DNA of 64,000 nucleotides from Escherichia coli O127:H6 str. E2348/69 (GTDB lineage Bacteria; Pseudomonadota; Gammaproteobacteria; Enterobacterales; Enterobacteriaceae): NCBI RefSeq assembly GCF_000026545.1, contig NC_011601.1; one strand, 5' to 3'. Shown piece by piece: positions 54,702 to 64,000 of this stretch (position 1 is its first letter; each line of letters starts with the position of its first letter). The notes under the pieces were generated by a model. It saw only the letters and a program-made list of their open reading frames with translations, ran no database searches and was not told where the DNA came from. The position numbers and the translations under genes were made by a program.

Positions 54702-56663
54702 GTGACCGTATCTTCTCATCGTCTTGAACTGTTAAGCCCGGCACGCGATGCCGCCATTGCCCGCGAAGCTATTTTGCACGGTGCCGATGCTGTTTATATC
54801 GGCGGCCCTGGTTTTGGTGCCCGTCATAATGCCAGTAATAGCCTGAAAGATATTGCCGAGTTGGTGCCGTTTGCCCATCGTTATGGTGCAAAAATTTTCG
54901 TCACGCTTAACACCATTTTGCATGATGATGAGCTGGAACCCGCGCAACGGCTGATTACTGACCTCTACCAGATCGGTGTCGATGCGCTGATTGTTCAGGA
55001 TATGGGGATTCTGGAACTTGATATTCCGCCGATTGAACTGCACGCCAGTACGCAGTGCGATATTCGTACAGTAGAAAAAGCGAAGTTCCTCTCTGATGTT
55101 GGCTTCACGCAGATTGTGCTGGCGCGAGAGCTGAATCTTGAGCAGATCCGCGCGATTCACCAGGCCACGGACGCGACCATTGAATTCTTTATTCATGGCG
55201 CATTGTGCGTGGCCTATTCGGGTCAGTGCTACATTTCTCATGCGCAAACAGGGCGTAGCGCCAACCGTGGCGATTGCTCGCAGGCGTGCCGTTTGCCATA
55301 CACATTGAAAGACGATCAGGGGCGGGTGGTTTCCTATGAAAAACATCTGCTGTCGATGAAAGATAACGATCAGACTGCCAACCTCGGCGCGCTGATTGAT
55401 GCTGGCGTACGCTCCTTCAAGATTGAAGGGCGTTACAAAGATATGAGCTACGTGAAGAATATCACCGCCCATTATCGTCAGATGCTGGATGCCATTATTG
55501 AAGAACGTGGCGATCTGGCGCGCGCTTCATCAGGTCGTACTGAACATTTCTTTGTTCCATCGACGGAAAAGACTTTCCACCGTGGTAGCACAGATTATTT
55601 TGTGAATGCCCGTAAAGGCGATATTGGCGCGTTCGATTCGCCGAAATTTATCGGCCTGCCGGTGGGCGAAGTATTGAAAGTAGCGAAAGATCATATTGAT
55701 GTTGCCGTTACCGAGCCACTGGCAAATGGCGATGGCCTGAACGTGATGATTAAACGTGAAGTCGTCGGTTTTCGTGCTAATACGGTAGAGAAAACCGGAG
55801 AAAATCAGTACCGCGTCTGGCCAAATGAAATGCCAGCAGATTTGCACAAAATTCGCCCGCATCACCCACTAAACCGAAATCTTGATCATAACTGGCAGCA
55901 GGCACTGACAAAAACCTCCAGCGAACGTCGGGTGGCGGTAGACATTGAACTGGGCGGCTGGCAGGAACAACTGATTCTGACCCTCACCAGTGAAGAGGGT
56001 GTCAGCATCACACATACGCTGGACGGGCAGTTCGACGAAGCCAATAACGCCGAAAAAGCAATGAACAATCTGAAGGATGGTCTGGCAAAACTGGGGCAAA
56101 CCATCTATTACGCCCGCAATGTGCAAATTAATTTGCCGGGGGCGCTGTTTGTACCAAACAGTCTGTTAAACCAGTTCCGCCGTGAAGCCGCCGATATGCT
56201 TGATGCTGCGCGTCTTGCCAGTTACCAGCGCGGCAGCCGTAAACCGGTTGCTGATCCTGCGCCGGTTTATCCGCAAACGCATCTGAGTTTCCTCGCGAAC
56301 GTATACAACCAGAAAGCGCGTGAATTTTATCATCGCTATGGTGTGCAACTGATTGACGCGGCGTATGAGGCACATGAAGAGAAGGGCGAAGTCCCGGTGA
56401 TGATCACCAAGCATTGTCTGCGCTTTGCCTTCAATCTGTGCCCGAAACAGGCGAAAGGCAATATCAAAAGCTGGAAGGCGACGCCAATGCAACTGGTTAA
56501 CGGCGATGAAGTATTAACGCTAAAGTTTGATTGCCGCCCATGCGAGATGCACGTCATTGGCAAAATCAAAAATCACATACTGAAAATGCCGTTACCGGGA
56601 AGCGTAGTGGCATCCGTAAGTCCGGATGATCTGCTGAAAACATTGCCGAAGCGAAAAGGGTAA
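54702..56663 (+). CDS. rlhA: Peptidase U32-family protein YdcP/RlhA (23S rRNA 5-hydroxycytidine synthase)
   Basis: GTG start giving MTVSSHRLELLSPARDAAIAREAILHGADAVYIGG.., 653 aa, U32 collagenase-like family. Confidence 0.85.
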   Translation: MTVSSHRLELLSPARDAAIAREAILHGADAVYIGGPGFGARHNASNSLKDIAELVPFAHRYGAKIFVTLNTILHDDELEPAQRLITDLYQIGVDALIVQDMGILELDIPPIELHASTQCDIRTVEKAKFLSDVGFTQIVLARELNLEQIRAIHQATDATIEFFIHGALCVAYSGQCYISHAQTGRSANRGDCSQACRLPYTLKDDQGRVVSYEKHLLSMKDNDQTANLGALIDAGVRSFKIEGRYKDMSYVKNITAHYRQMLDAIIEERGDLARASSGRTEHFFVPSTEKTFHRGSTDYFVNARKGDIGAFDSPKFIGLPVGEVLKVAKDHIDVAVTEPLANGDGLNVMIKREVVGFRANTVEKTGENQYRVWPNEMPADLHKIRPHHPLNRNLDHNWQQALTKTSSERRVAVDIELGGWQEQLILTLTSEEGVSITHTLDGQFDEANNAEKAMNNLKDGLAKLGQTIYYARNVQINLPGALFVPNSLLNQFRREAADMLDAARLASYQRGSRKPVADPAPVYPQTHLSFLANVYNQKAREFYHRYGVQLIDAAYEAHEEKGEVPVMITKHCLRFAFNLCPKQAKGNIKSWKATPMQLVNGDEVLTLKFDCRPCEMHVIGKIKNHILKMPLPGSVVASVSPDDLLKTLPKRKG

Positions 56664-56711
56664 AACGCCAGTTTTCGGGTTACTCACCACTCATCAAATC
56701 TGCATGATATT

Positions 56712-56745
56712 GCCTGCCGGGTAAGGCGTCATGCCGCATCCGGCA
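56712..56745. repeat. REP-like palindromic element
   Basis: CCGGGTAAGGCGTCATGCCGCATCCGGCA between the convergent ydcP and yncJ genes. Confidence 0.4.
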
Positions 56746-56754
56746 ACAAATGAC

Positions 56755-56985
56755 TCAACGCTGTCCCGCTTCTGGTTTGCGCGATTTTTGCCAGTAAAAA
56801 TGCTCGCGCAAACCTTCCGCCGACTCTTCCGCCACAGCACGCAATTCATCGCTGTCCGCTTCATGACGCAGCTGATGATCCACATTCTTTACCCACATAA
56901 ATTCATGTCCTTTGTGCCCTGCCATGAGTTGTCCTGAGAACAGTGCACACGTTAATAAGACAACCGATAACGCCTTCGAAAACAT
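56755..56985 (-). CDS. yncJ: Small periplasmic protein YncJ (DUF2554)
   Basis: 76 aa with signal peptide MFSKALSVVLLTCALFSGQLMA. Confidence 0.7.
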   Translation of the reverse strand: MFSKALSVVLLTCALFSGQLMAGHKGHEFMWVKNVDHQLRHEADSDELRAVAEESAEGLREHFYWQKSRKPEAGQR

Positions 56986-57334
56986 CCCGCCACCTTTTTC
57001 TAACCTTTTGCCGCTATGATGCCGATCGTTTCTTGAGGTTATTATTCAGTTTTGCAAATTAGAGCAAAGAAATTCTGGAATCTTCCTTCCTGATTTTGCA
57101 TTGCATTCTGCCGTTGCGGCGATTTAGTGCTATTTTCGAGCACATTACACACGGAGGTAAACTTCGCCATTAAATAGTCACGATCACTTTATTGAAGTGC
57201 CTTTGAGCGTCGCCTCTAAGGCGCTTGGCAAAGAGTTATCGCTGGTGATGGTTTGATTACAGTTAATGAAAAGTTGTCATTTTTAACAACTGATATAGAC
57301 TGCCGAATCATCTGCACATAATTACGATTCGATA

Positions 57335-58741
57335 ATGAAAAAATACCAGCAGCTTGCAGAACAATTACGCGAGCAGATTGCGTCGGGTATCTGGCAACCC
57401 GGCGATCGTTTGCCTTCGTTGCGTGACCAGGTGGCGCTTTCTGGCATGAGCTTTATGACTGTCAGCCATGCCTATCAGTTGCTCGAAAGTCAGGGATATA
57501 TTATCGCGCGACCGCAATCGGGTTATTACGTTGCGCCACAGGCAATAAAAATGCCGAAAGCGACAGTCATTCCAGTCACACGAGATGAAGCAGTCGATAT
57601 CAACACCTATATTTTTGATATGTTGCAGGCCAGTCGTGATCCGTCGGTAGTTCCGTTTGCCTCGGCCTTTCCCGACCCGCGACTTTTCCCCCTCCAACAA
57701 CTAAACCGCTCGCTGGCGCAGGTAAGCAAAACCGCCACGGCGATGAGCGTGATTGAAAACTTACCGCCAGGAAACGTAGAACTGCGTCAGGCTATTGCTC
57801 GTCGCTATGCCTTACAGGGCATCACCATTTCTCCTGATGAAATTGTCATTACCGCCGGGGCGTTAGAGGCATTAAACCTCAGTTTGCAAGCGGTAACTGA
57901 ACCGGGCGATTGGGTGATAGTAGAGAATCCTTGTTTCTACGGCGCGTTGCAGGCGCTGGAGCGGTTACGGCTGAAGGCGTTATCGGTAGCGACGGATATT
58001 AAAGAAGGGATCGATCTTCAGGCGCTGGAACTGGCGTTGCAGGAGTATCCGGTGAAAGCGTGCTGGCTGATGACTAATAGCCAGAACCCACTTGGATTTA
58101 CCTTAACGCCGCAGAAAAAAGTGCGGCTGGTAGCGTTGCTCAATCAGTACAACGTAACGCTGATTGAAGATGACGTTTATAGCGAACTTTATTTTGGACG
58201 GGAAAAACCGCTGCCTGCGAAAGCGTGGGATCGCCACGATGGTGTTTTGCATTGCTCTTCATTTTCGAAATGTCTGGTGCCTGGTTTTCGTATTGGTTGG
58301 GTCGCCGCCGGAAAACATGCACGTAAAATTCAACGCTTGCAGTTGATGAGTACGCTTTCCACCAGCTCACCGATGCAGCTTGCGCTGGTGGATTACCTTT
58401 CTACTCGCCGATACGATGCTCATCTTCGTCGCCTGCGTCGCCAGCTTGCGGAACGTAAACAACGCGCCTGGCAGGCTTTGCTGCGTTATCTGCCTGCGGA
58501 AGTCAAAATTCATCACAATGACAGCGGTTATTTTCTCTGGCTGGAGCTCCCCGAGCCGTTAGATGCAGGAGAATTAAGCCTGGTGGCACTGACGCATCAT
58601 ATCAGTATTGCGCCGGGTAATATGTTTTCTACCGGTGAAAACTGGTCACGTTTTTTTCGTTTTAATACCGCGTGGCAGTGGGGAGAACGTGAAGAACAGG
58701 CGGTAAAACAATTAGGCAAACTTATTCAAGAACGGCTGTAA
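57335..58741 (+). CDS. ydcR: GntR/MocR-family regulator with aminotransferase-like domain YdcR
   Basis: 468 aa with N-terminal GntR winged HTH and a PLP-dependent aminotransferase fold. Confidence 0.85.
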   Translation: MKKYQQLAEQLREQIASGIWQPGDRLPSLRDQVALSGMSFMTVSHAYQLLESQGYIIARPQSGYYVAPQAIKMPKATVIPVTRDEAVDINTYIFDMLQASRDPSVVPFASAFPDPRLFPLQQLNRSLAQVSKTATAMSVIENLPPGNVELRQAIARRYALQGITISPDEIVITAGALEALNLSLQAVTEPGDWVIVENPCFYGALQALERLRLKALSVATDIKEGIDLQALELALQEYPVKACWLMTNSQNPLGFTLTPQKKVRLVALLNQYNVTLIEDDVYSELYFGREKPLPAKAWDRHDGVLHCSSFSKCLVPGFRIGWVAAGKHARKIQRLQLMSTLSTSSPMQLALVDYLSTRRYDAHLRRLRRQLAERKQRAWQALLRYLPAEVKIHHNDSGYFLWLELPEPLDAGELSLVALTHHISIAPGNMFSTGENWSRFFRFNTAWQWGEREEQAVKQLGKLIQERL

Positions 58742-58985
58742 TAGCGTTTAATTTAATTCCTCTCAGGTTGGGTAATATGAATTTCGAATAGCAGTCATAT
58801 ATCCTAACTCCTTGTCTATACTCCAGAAGATAACCTTACAGACGGCATAATGCGCGGTAGCTCACAACCTGATTAAATTTTCTCAGGGCCGAAGGTGTGC
58901 CTGCAAGCCGCCGTCTATGGTTAAACAAGGAGATATTTTTACGGCACGGCGGCTGAACAATTAATTACGACAGGAGTAAGACCTT

Positions 58986-60131
58986 ATGAGCAAGACATTT
59001 GCCCGCAGCAGCCTGTGTGCGCTCAGCATGACAATAATGACCGCTCACGCCGCCGAACCGCCTACCAATTTAGAGAATCCGGAAGGGCGACTGGATATTA
59101 TCGCCTGGCCGGGATACATCGAACGCGGACAAACTGATAAACAGTACGACTGGGTAACGCAATTCGAAAAAGAGACAGGCTGCGCGGTGAATGTTAAAAC
59201 CGCCGCGACTTCCGATGAAATGGTCAGTCTGATGGCCAAAGGGGGTTACGATCTGGTTACGGCATCCGGCGATGCCTCGCTGCGTTTGATTATGGGCAAA
59301 CGCGTGCAGCCAATTAATACCGCCTTGATTCCCAACTGGAAAGCGCTCGATCCGCGCGTGGTTAAAGGCGACTGGTTTAACGTTGGTGGCAAAGTTTACG
59401 GCACACCTTACCAATGGGGGCCGAACCTGCTGATGTACAACACTAAAACCTTCCCGACGCCGCCGGATAGCTGGCAAGTGGTTTTTGTTGAGCAGAATCT
59501 GCCGGACGGCAAGAGCAATAAAGGCCGGGTACAGGCTTATGATGGCCCTATCTACATTGCGGATGCCGCGTTGTTCGTCAAAGCCACGCAGCCACAGTTG
59601 GGCATCAGTGATCCGTATCAACTCACCGAAGAACAGTATCAGGCGGTGCTGAAAGTGCTGCGCGATCAACATAATTTGATCCATCGCTACTGGCATGACA
59701 CTACCGTGCAAATGAGCGATTTCAAAAACGAGGGTGTGGTTGCTTCCAGTGCATGGCCCTATCAGGCCAACGCCCTGAAAGCCGAAGGCCAGCCTGTCGC
59801 TACCGTTTTCCCGAAGGAGGGCGTTACCGGTTGGGCTGACACCACCATGCTACATAGCGAAGCGAAACATCCGGTTTGCGCCTACAAATGGATGAACTGG
59901 TCATTAACCCCAAAAGTGCAGGGCGATGTGGCGGCCTGGTTTGGCTCGTTACCAGTAGTGCCGCAAGGGTGTAAAGCCAGTCCGTTATTAGGCGAGAAAG
60001 GTTGTGAAACAAACGGTTTTAACTATTTCGATAAAATCGCCTTCTGGAAAACGCCTATAGCAGAAGGGGGCAAGTTTGTTCCCTACAGTCGCTGGACGCA
60101 GGATTACATTGCCATTATGGGCGGTCGCTAA
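58986..60131 (+). CDS. ydcS: ABC-transporter periplasmic substrate-binding protein YdcS
   Basis: 381 aa with signal peptide; first gene of the ydcSTUV operon. Confidence 0.85.
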   Translation: MSKTFARSSLCALSMTIMTAHAAEPPTNLENPEGRLDIIAWPGYIERGQTDKQYDWVTQFEKETGCAVNVKTAATSDEMVSLMAKGGYDLVTASGDASLRLIMGKRVQPINTALIPNWKALDPRVVKGDWFNVGGKVYGTPYQWGPNLLMYNTKTFPTPPDSWQVVFVEQNLPDGKSNKGRVQAYDGPIYIADAALFVKATQPQLGISDPYQLTEEQYQAVLKVLRDQHNLIHRYWHDTTVQMSDFKNEGVVASSAWPYQANALKAEGQPVATVFPKEGVTGWADTTMLHSEAKHPVCAYKWMNWSLTPKVQGDVAAWFGSLPVVPQGCKASPLLGEKGCETNGFNYFDKIAFWKTPIAEGGKFVPYSRWTQDYIAIMGGR

Positions 60132-60148
60132 CTTCGCTGGGGTGTTTT

Positions 60149-61162
60149 ATGACGTACGCAGTGGAGTTTGACAACGTCTCACGGTTGTACGGTGACGTGC
60201 GCGCAGTAGATGGCGTCAGTATTGCGATAAAAGATGGTGAGTTCTTCTCTATGCTGGGGCCGTCCGGCTCCGGCAAAACCACTTGCCTGCGCCTGATTGC
60301 TGGATTCGAACAGCTTTCCGGCGGGGCTATCTCTATTTTTGGTACGCCCGCCAGCAATCTGCCACCGTGGGAGCGGGACGTGAATACTGTCTTCCAGGAC
60401 TACGCGCTATTTCCGCATATGTCGATTCTTGACAACGTAGCCTACGGGCTGATGGTCAAAGGCGTGAATAAAAAGCAGCGGCATGCAATGGCGCAAGAGG
60501 CGCTTGAGAAAGTGGCGTTGGGGTTTGTACAGCAACGTAAACCGTCACAACTTTCTGGTGGTCAGCGCCAGCGGGTTGCCATCGCCAGAGCACTGGTGAA
60601 CGAACCGCGTGTGTTGTTGCTGGATGAACCACTCGGCGCGCTGGATCTCAAATTGCGAGAGCAAATGCAGCTTGAGCTGAAAAAGCTGCAACAGTCTCTC
60701 GGTATCACTTTTATCTTCGTTACCCACGATCAGGGCGAAGCGTTATCGATGTCCGATCGGGTGGCGGTTTTCAATAATGGACGCATTGAACAGGTCGATT
60801 CTCCGCGCGATCTCTATATGCGCCCGCGCACGCCGTTTGTTGCGGGATTCGTTGGGACATCGAATGTTTTTGATGGACTGATGGCAGAGAAACTTTGTGG
60901 CATGACGGGAAGCTTCGCACTACGACCGGAACATATCCGCCTCAACACCCCTGGCGAAATGCAGGCTAATGGCACGATCCAGGCGGTGCAGTATCAGGGC
61001 GCGGCAACTCGTTTTGAACTGACACTGAGCGGCGGTGAAAAACTGCTGGTGAGTCAGGCCAATATGACAGGCGAAGAACTGCCTGCCACGCTCACGCCCG
61101 GACAACAGGTGATGGTTTCCTGGTCGCGTGATGTGATGGTGGCGCTGGTTGAGGAGAGGTGA
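60149..61162 (+). CDS. ydcT: ABC-transporter ATP-binding protein YdcT
   Basis: 337 aa. Walker A GPSGSGKTT, signature LSGGQRQRV, Walker B LLLDEP. Confidence 0.9.
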   Translation: MTYAVEFDNVSRLYGDVRAVDGVSIAIKDGEFFSMLGPSGSGKTTCLRLIAGFEQLSGGAISIFGTPASNLPPWERDVNTVFQDYALFPHMSILDNVAYGLMVKGVNKKQRHAMAQEALEKVALGFVQQRKPSQLSGGQRQRVAIARALVNEPRVLLLDEPLGALDLKLREQMQLELKKLQQSLGITFIFVTHDQGEALSMSDRVAVFNNGRIEQVDSPRDLYMRPRTPFVAGFVGTSNVFDGLMAEKLCGMTGSFALRPEHIRLNTPGEMQANGTIQAVQYQGAATRFELTLSGGEKLLVSQANMTGEELPATLTPGQQVMVSWSRDVMVALVEER

Positions 61163-62104
61163 ATGGCGATGAACGTATTGCAATCACCTTCACGTCCAGG
61201 TCTGGGTAAGGTGTCCGGTTTCTTCTGGCGTAATCCGGGGCTGGGGCTGTTTTTGCTGCTGCTTGGCCCGCTAATGTGGTTTGGCATTGTCTATTTCGGC
61301 TCGCTGCTGACGCTGTTATGGCAGGGCTTTTATACCTTTGACGATTTCACCATGTCGGTAACGCCGGAACTGACGCTGGCGAATATCCGTGCGCTGTTTA
61401 ATCCGGCGAATTACGACATCATTGTCCGCACGCTGACCATGGCTGTGGCAGTCACTATCGCCAGCGCCATTCTGGCTTTTCCAATGGCGTGGTATATGGC
61501 GCGCTATACCAGCGGAAAAATGAAAGCGTTTTTTTATATCGCGGTAATGTTGCCGATGTGGGCGAGCTACATTGTTAAAGCCTATGCCTGGACGTTATTG
61601 CTGGCAAAAGATGGCGTGGCGCAGTGGTTTTTACAACATCTGGGGCTGGAACCACTGCTGACTGCGTTCCTCACGCTACCGGCGGTGGGAGGTAATACGC
61701 TGTCAACTTCCGGGCTGGGGCGCTTTCTGGTGTTTCTCTATATCTGGTTGCCGTTCATGATCCTCCCGGTGCAGGCGGCGCTTGAGCGTTTGCCGCCGTC
61801 ATTGTTGCAGGCGTCGGCTGATCTTGGCGCACGTCCACGACAAACCTTTCGCTATGTGGTGCTGCCGCTGGCAATCCCGGGTATTGCCGCTGGCTCTATC
61901 TTTACCTTCTCACTCACGCTGGGCGATTTTATTGTCCCGCAGCTGGTTGGCCCTCCAGGATATTTTATCGGCAATATGGTTTATTCCCAGCAGGGGGCGA
62001 TTGGCAATATGCCGATGGCGGCGGCATTCACCCTGGTGCCGATTGTTCTCATCGCACTCTATCTGGCGTTCGTGAAACGTCTGGGAGCGTTCGATGCACT
62101 CTGA
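61163..62104 (+). CDS. ydcU: ABC-transporter permease YdcU
   Basis: 313 aa, multi-pass permease. Confidence 0.85.
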
Positions 62105-62888
62105 ACGCGCACCGTTTTTCCTCAAACTGGCGGCCTGGGGCGGCGTGGTTTTCCTACATTTTCCCATCCTGATTATCGCTGCCTATGCGTTTAACACTGA
62201 AGATGCGGCGTTTAGTTTTCCACCGCAAGGCCTGACGCTGCGCTGGTTTAGCGTGGCAGCACAGCGTAGTGATATTCTTGATGCCGTGACACTGTCACTT
62301 AAAGTGGCGGCGCTGGCGACATTAATCGCGCTGGTGTTAGGGACGCTGGCCGCTGCCGCGCTGTGGCGACGAGACTTTTTCGGTAAAAACGCCATTTCGT
62401 TGTTACTGCTGCTGCCCATTGCGCTGCCGGGCATTGTCACTGGTCTGGCGCTATTAACCGCCTTTAAAACCATCAATCTGGAGCCGGGATTTTTCACCAT
62501 CGTGGTCGGTCATGCGACTTTTTGCGTAGTGGTGGTGTTTAACAATGTCATCGCCCGTTTTCGCCGCACCTCGTGGAGTCTGGTTGAGGCGTCAATGGAT
62601 CTTGGGGCCAATGGCTGGCAAACCTTCCGCTACGTAGTGTTGCCGAATCTCAGTTCGGCGTTACTGGCTGGAGGAATGCTGGCGTTTGCCTTGTCGTTCG
62701 ATGAAATCATCGTGACGACATTTACGGCAGGTCATGAACGAACGTTACCGTTGTGGTTGCTCAATCAGCTTGGGCGACCGCGTGATGTCCCGGTAACCAA
62801 CGTGGTGGCACTGCTGGTTATGTTGGTAACAACCTTGCCGATCCTGGGGGCCTGGTGGCTAACCCGCGAAGGCGACAATGGTCAATAA
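62094..62888 (+). CDS. ydcV: ABC-transporter permease YdcV
   Basis: 264 aa, multi-pass permease; start overlaps ydcU. Confidence 0.85.
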
Positions 62889-62909
62889 CCACTGATACAG
62901 GAATATGCT

Positions 62910-64000
62910 ATGCAACATAAGTTACTGATTAACGGAGAACTGGTTAGCGGCGAAGGGGAAAAACAGCCTGTCTATAATCCGGCAATGGGGGACGTTTTAC
63001 TGGAGATTGCCGAGGCATCCGCAGAGCAGGTCAATGCTGCTGTTCGCGCGGCAGATGCAGCATTTGCCGAATGGGGGCAAACCACGCCAAAAGCGCGTGC
63101 GGAATGCCTGCTGAAACTGGCTGATGTTATCGAAGAAAATGGTCAGGTTTTTGCCGAACTGGAGTCCCGTAATTGTGGCAAACCGCTGCATAGCGCGTTC
63201 AATGATGAAATTCCGGCGATTGTCGATGTCTTTCGCTTTTTCGCCGGTGCGGCGCGCTGCCTGAATGGTCTGGCGGCAGGTGAATATCTTGAAGGTCATA
63301 CTTCGATGATCCGTCGCGATCCGTTGGGGGTCGTGGCTTCTATCGCACCGTGGAATTATCCGCTGATGATGGCTGCGTGGAAACTGGCTCCGGCGCTGGC
63401 GGCAGGGAACTGCGTAGTGCTTAAACCATCAGAAATTACCCCGCTGACCGCGTTGAAGTTGGCAGAGCTGGCGAAAGATATCTTCCCGGCTGGCGTGATT
63501 AACGTGCTGTTTGGCAGAGGCAAAACGGTGGGAGATCCGCTGACCGGACATCCCAAAGTGCGGATGGTGTCGCTGACGGGTTCTATCGCCACTGGGGAAC
63601 ACATCATCAGCCATACCGCGCCGTCCATTAAGCGTACTCATATGGAACTTGGTGGCAAAGCGCCAGTGATTGTTTTTGATGATGCGGATATTGAAGCAGT
63701 GGTCGAAGGTGTACGTACTTTTGGCTATTACAATGCCGGACAGGATTGTACTGCGGCTTGTCGGATCTACGCGCAAAAAGGCATTTACGATACGCTGGTG
63801 GAAAAACTCGGTGCTGCGGTGGCAACGTTAAAATCGGGTTCGCCGGATGACGAGTCTACGGAGCTTGGACCTTTAAGCTCGCTGGCGCATCTCGAACGCG
63901 TCAGCAAGGCGGTAGAAGAGGCGAAAGCGACAGGGCACATCAAAGTGATCACTGGCGGTGAAAAGCGCAAGGGTAATGGCTATTACTATGCGCCGACGCT
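62910..64000 (+). CDS. patD: Gamma-aminobutyraldehyde dehydrogenase PatD (partial; 3' end outside the window)
   Basis: Starts MQHKLLINGELVSGEGEKQPVYNPA.. with SD. ALDH fold visible (..GNCVVLKPSEITPLT.., ..MELGGKAPVIVFDDAD..). Runs off the window end. Confidence 0.85.
   Translation, partial: MQHKLLINGELVSGEGEKQPVYNPAMGDVLLEIAEASAEQVNAAVRAADAAFAEWGQTTPKARAECLLKLADVIEENGQVFAELESRNCGKPLHSAFNDEIPAIVDVFRFFAGAARCLNGLAAGEYLEGHTSMIRRDPLGVVASIAPWNYPLMMAAWKLAPALAAGNCVVLKPSEITPLTALKLAELAKDIFPAGVINVLFGRGKTVGDPLTGHPKVRMVSLTGSIATGEHIISHTAPSIKRTHMELGGKAPVIVFDDADIEAVVEGVRTFGYYNAGQDCTAACRIYAQKGIYDTLVEKLGAAVATLKSGSPDDESTELGPLSSLAHLERVSKAVEEAKATGHIKVITGGEKRKGNGYYYAPT

Noticed and set aside
56986..57334. Short ORFs in the yncJ-ydcR intergenic region as possible hicA/hicB
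   Set aside because: No start codon with a ribosome-binding site giving a HicA- or HicB-like product was found; the region reads as promoter/leader sequence for ydcR.

Overview
This window reads as an Escherichia/Shigella-type chromosomal segment syntenic with the E. coli K-12 ogt - smrA - dgcM - zntB - dbpA - ttcA - (Rac attachment site) - uspF - ompN - micC - ydbK - hslJ - ldhA - ydbH - ydbL - ... - azoR - hrpA - ydcF - aldA - gapC - cybB - ydcA - hokB - trg - ydcI - ydcJ - opgD - rimL - ydcK - tehAB - ydcL - ydcO - sutR - ydcP - yncJ - ydcR - ydcSTUV - patD region. All gene names and the K-12 comparisons come from my recall of protein sequences and gene order, not from a database search. 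The core backbone is intact, but the window shows heavy lineage-specific decay. There are four insertion-sequence types: two identical 1551-bp IS50/Tn5-like copies, and an IS150 that carries both a nested IS911 (itself carrying an IS110-family element) and the second IS50-like copy. Several genes look like pseudogenes (emrB-like MFS transporter, dgcM, hokB, trg, feaR, an integrase, a sit/znuB-like permease). Compared with K-12, the abg operon, the Rac prophage body, feaB-tynA-paaZ-paaA..X, ynbG-ydbA, ydbD-ynbABCD, insQ and hicAB are all missing. I found no CRISPR array, no rRNA or tRNA gene, and no convincing multi-gene cassette that looks like a novel defence or secretion system. The most system-like candidates are the IS110-family element with its long 5' non-coding end (possible bridge-type guide RNA), the AraC/HlyD/MFS efflux module that sits where abg is in K-12, and a small proline-rich ORF with a strong ribosome-binding site upstream of dbpA. 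All coordinates were counted by hand and may be off by a few bases.
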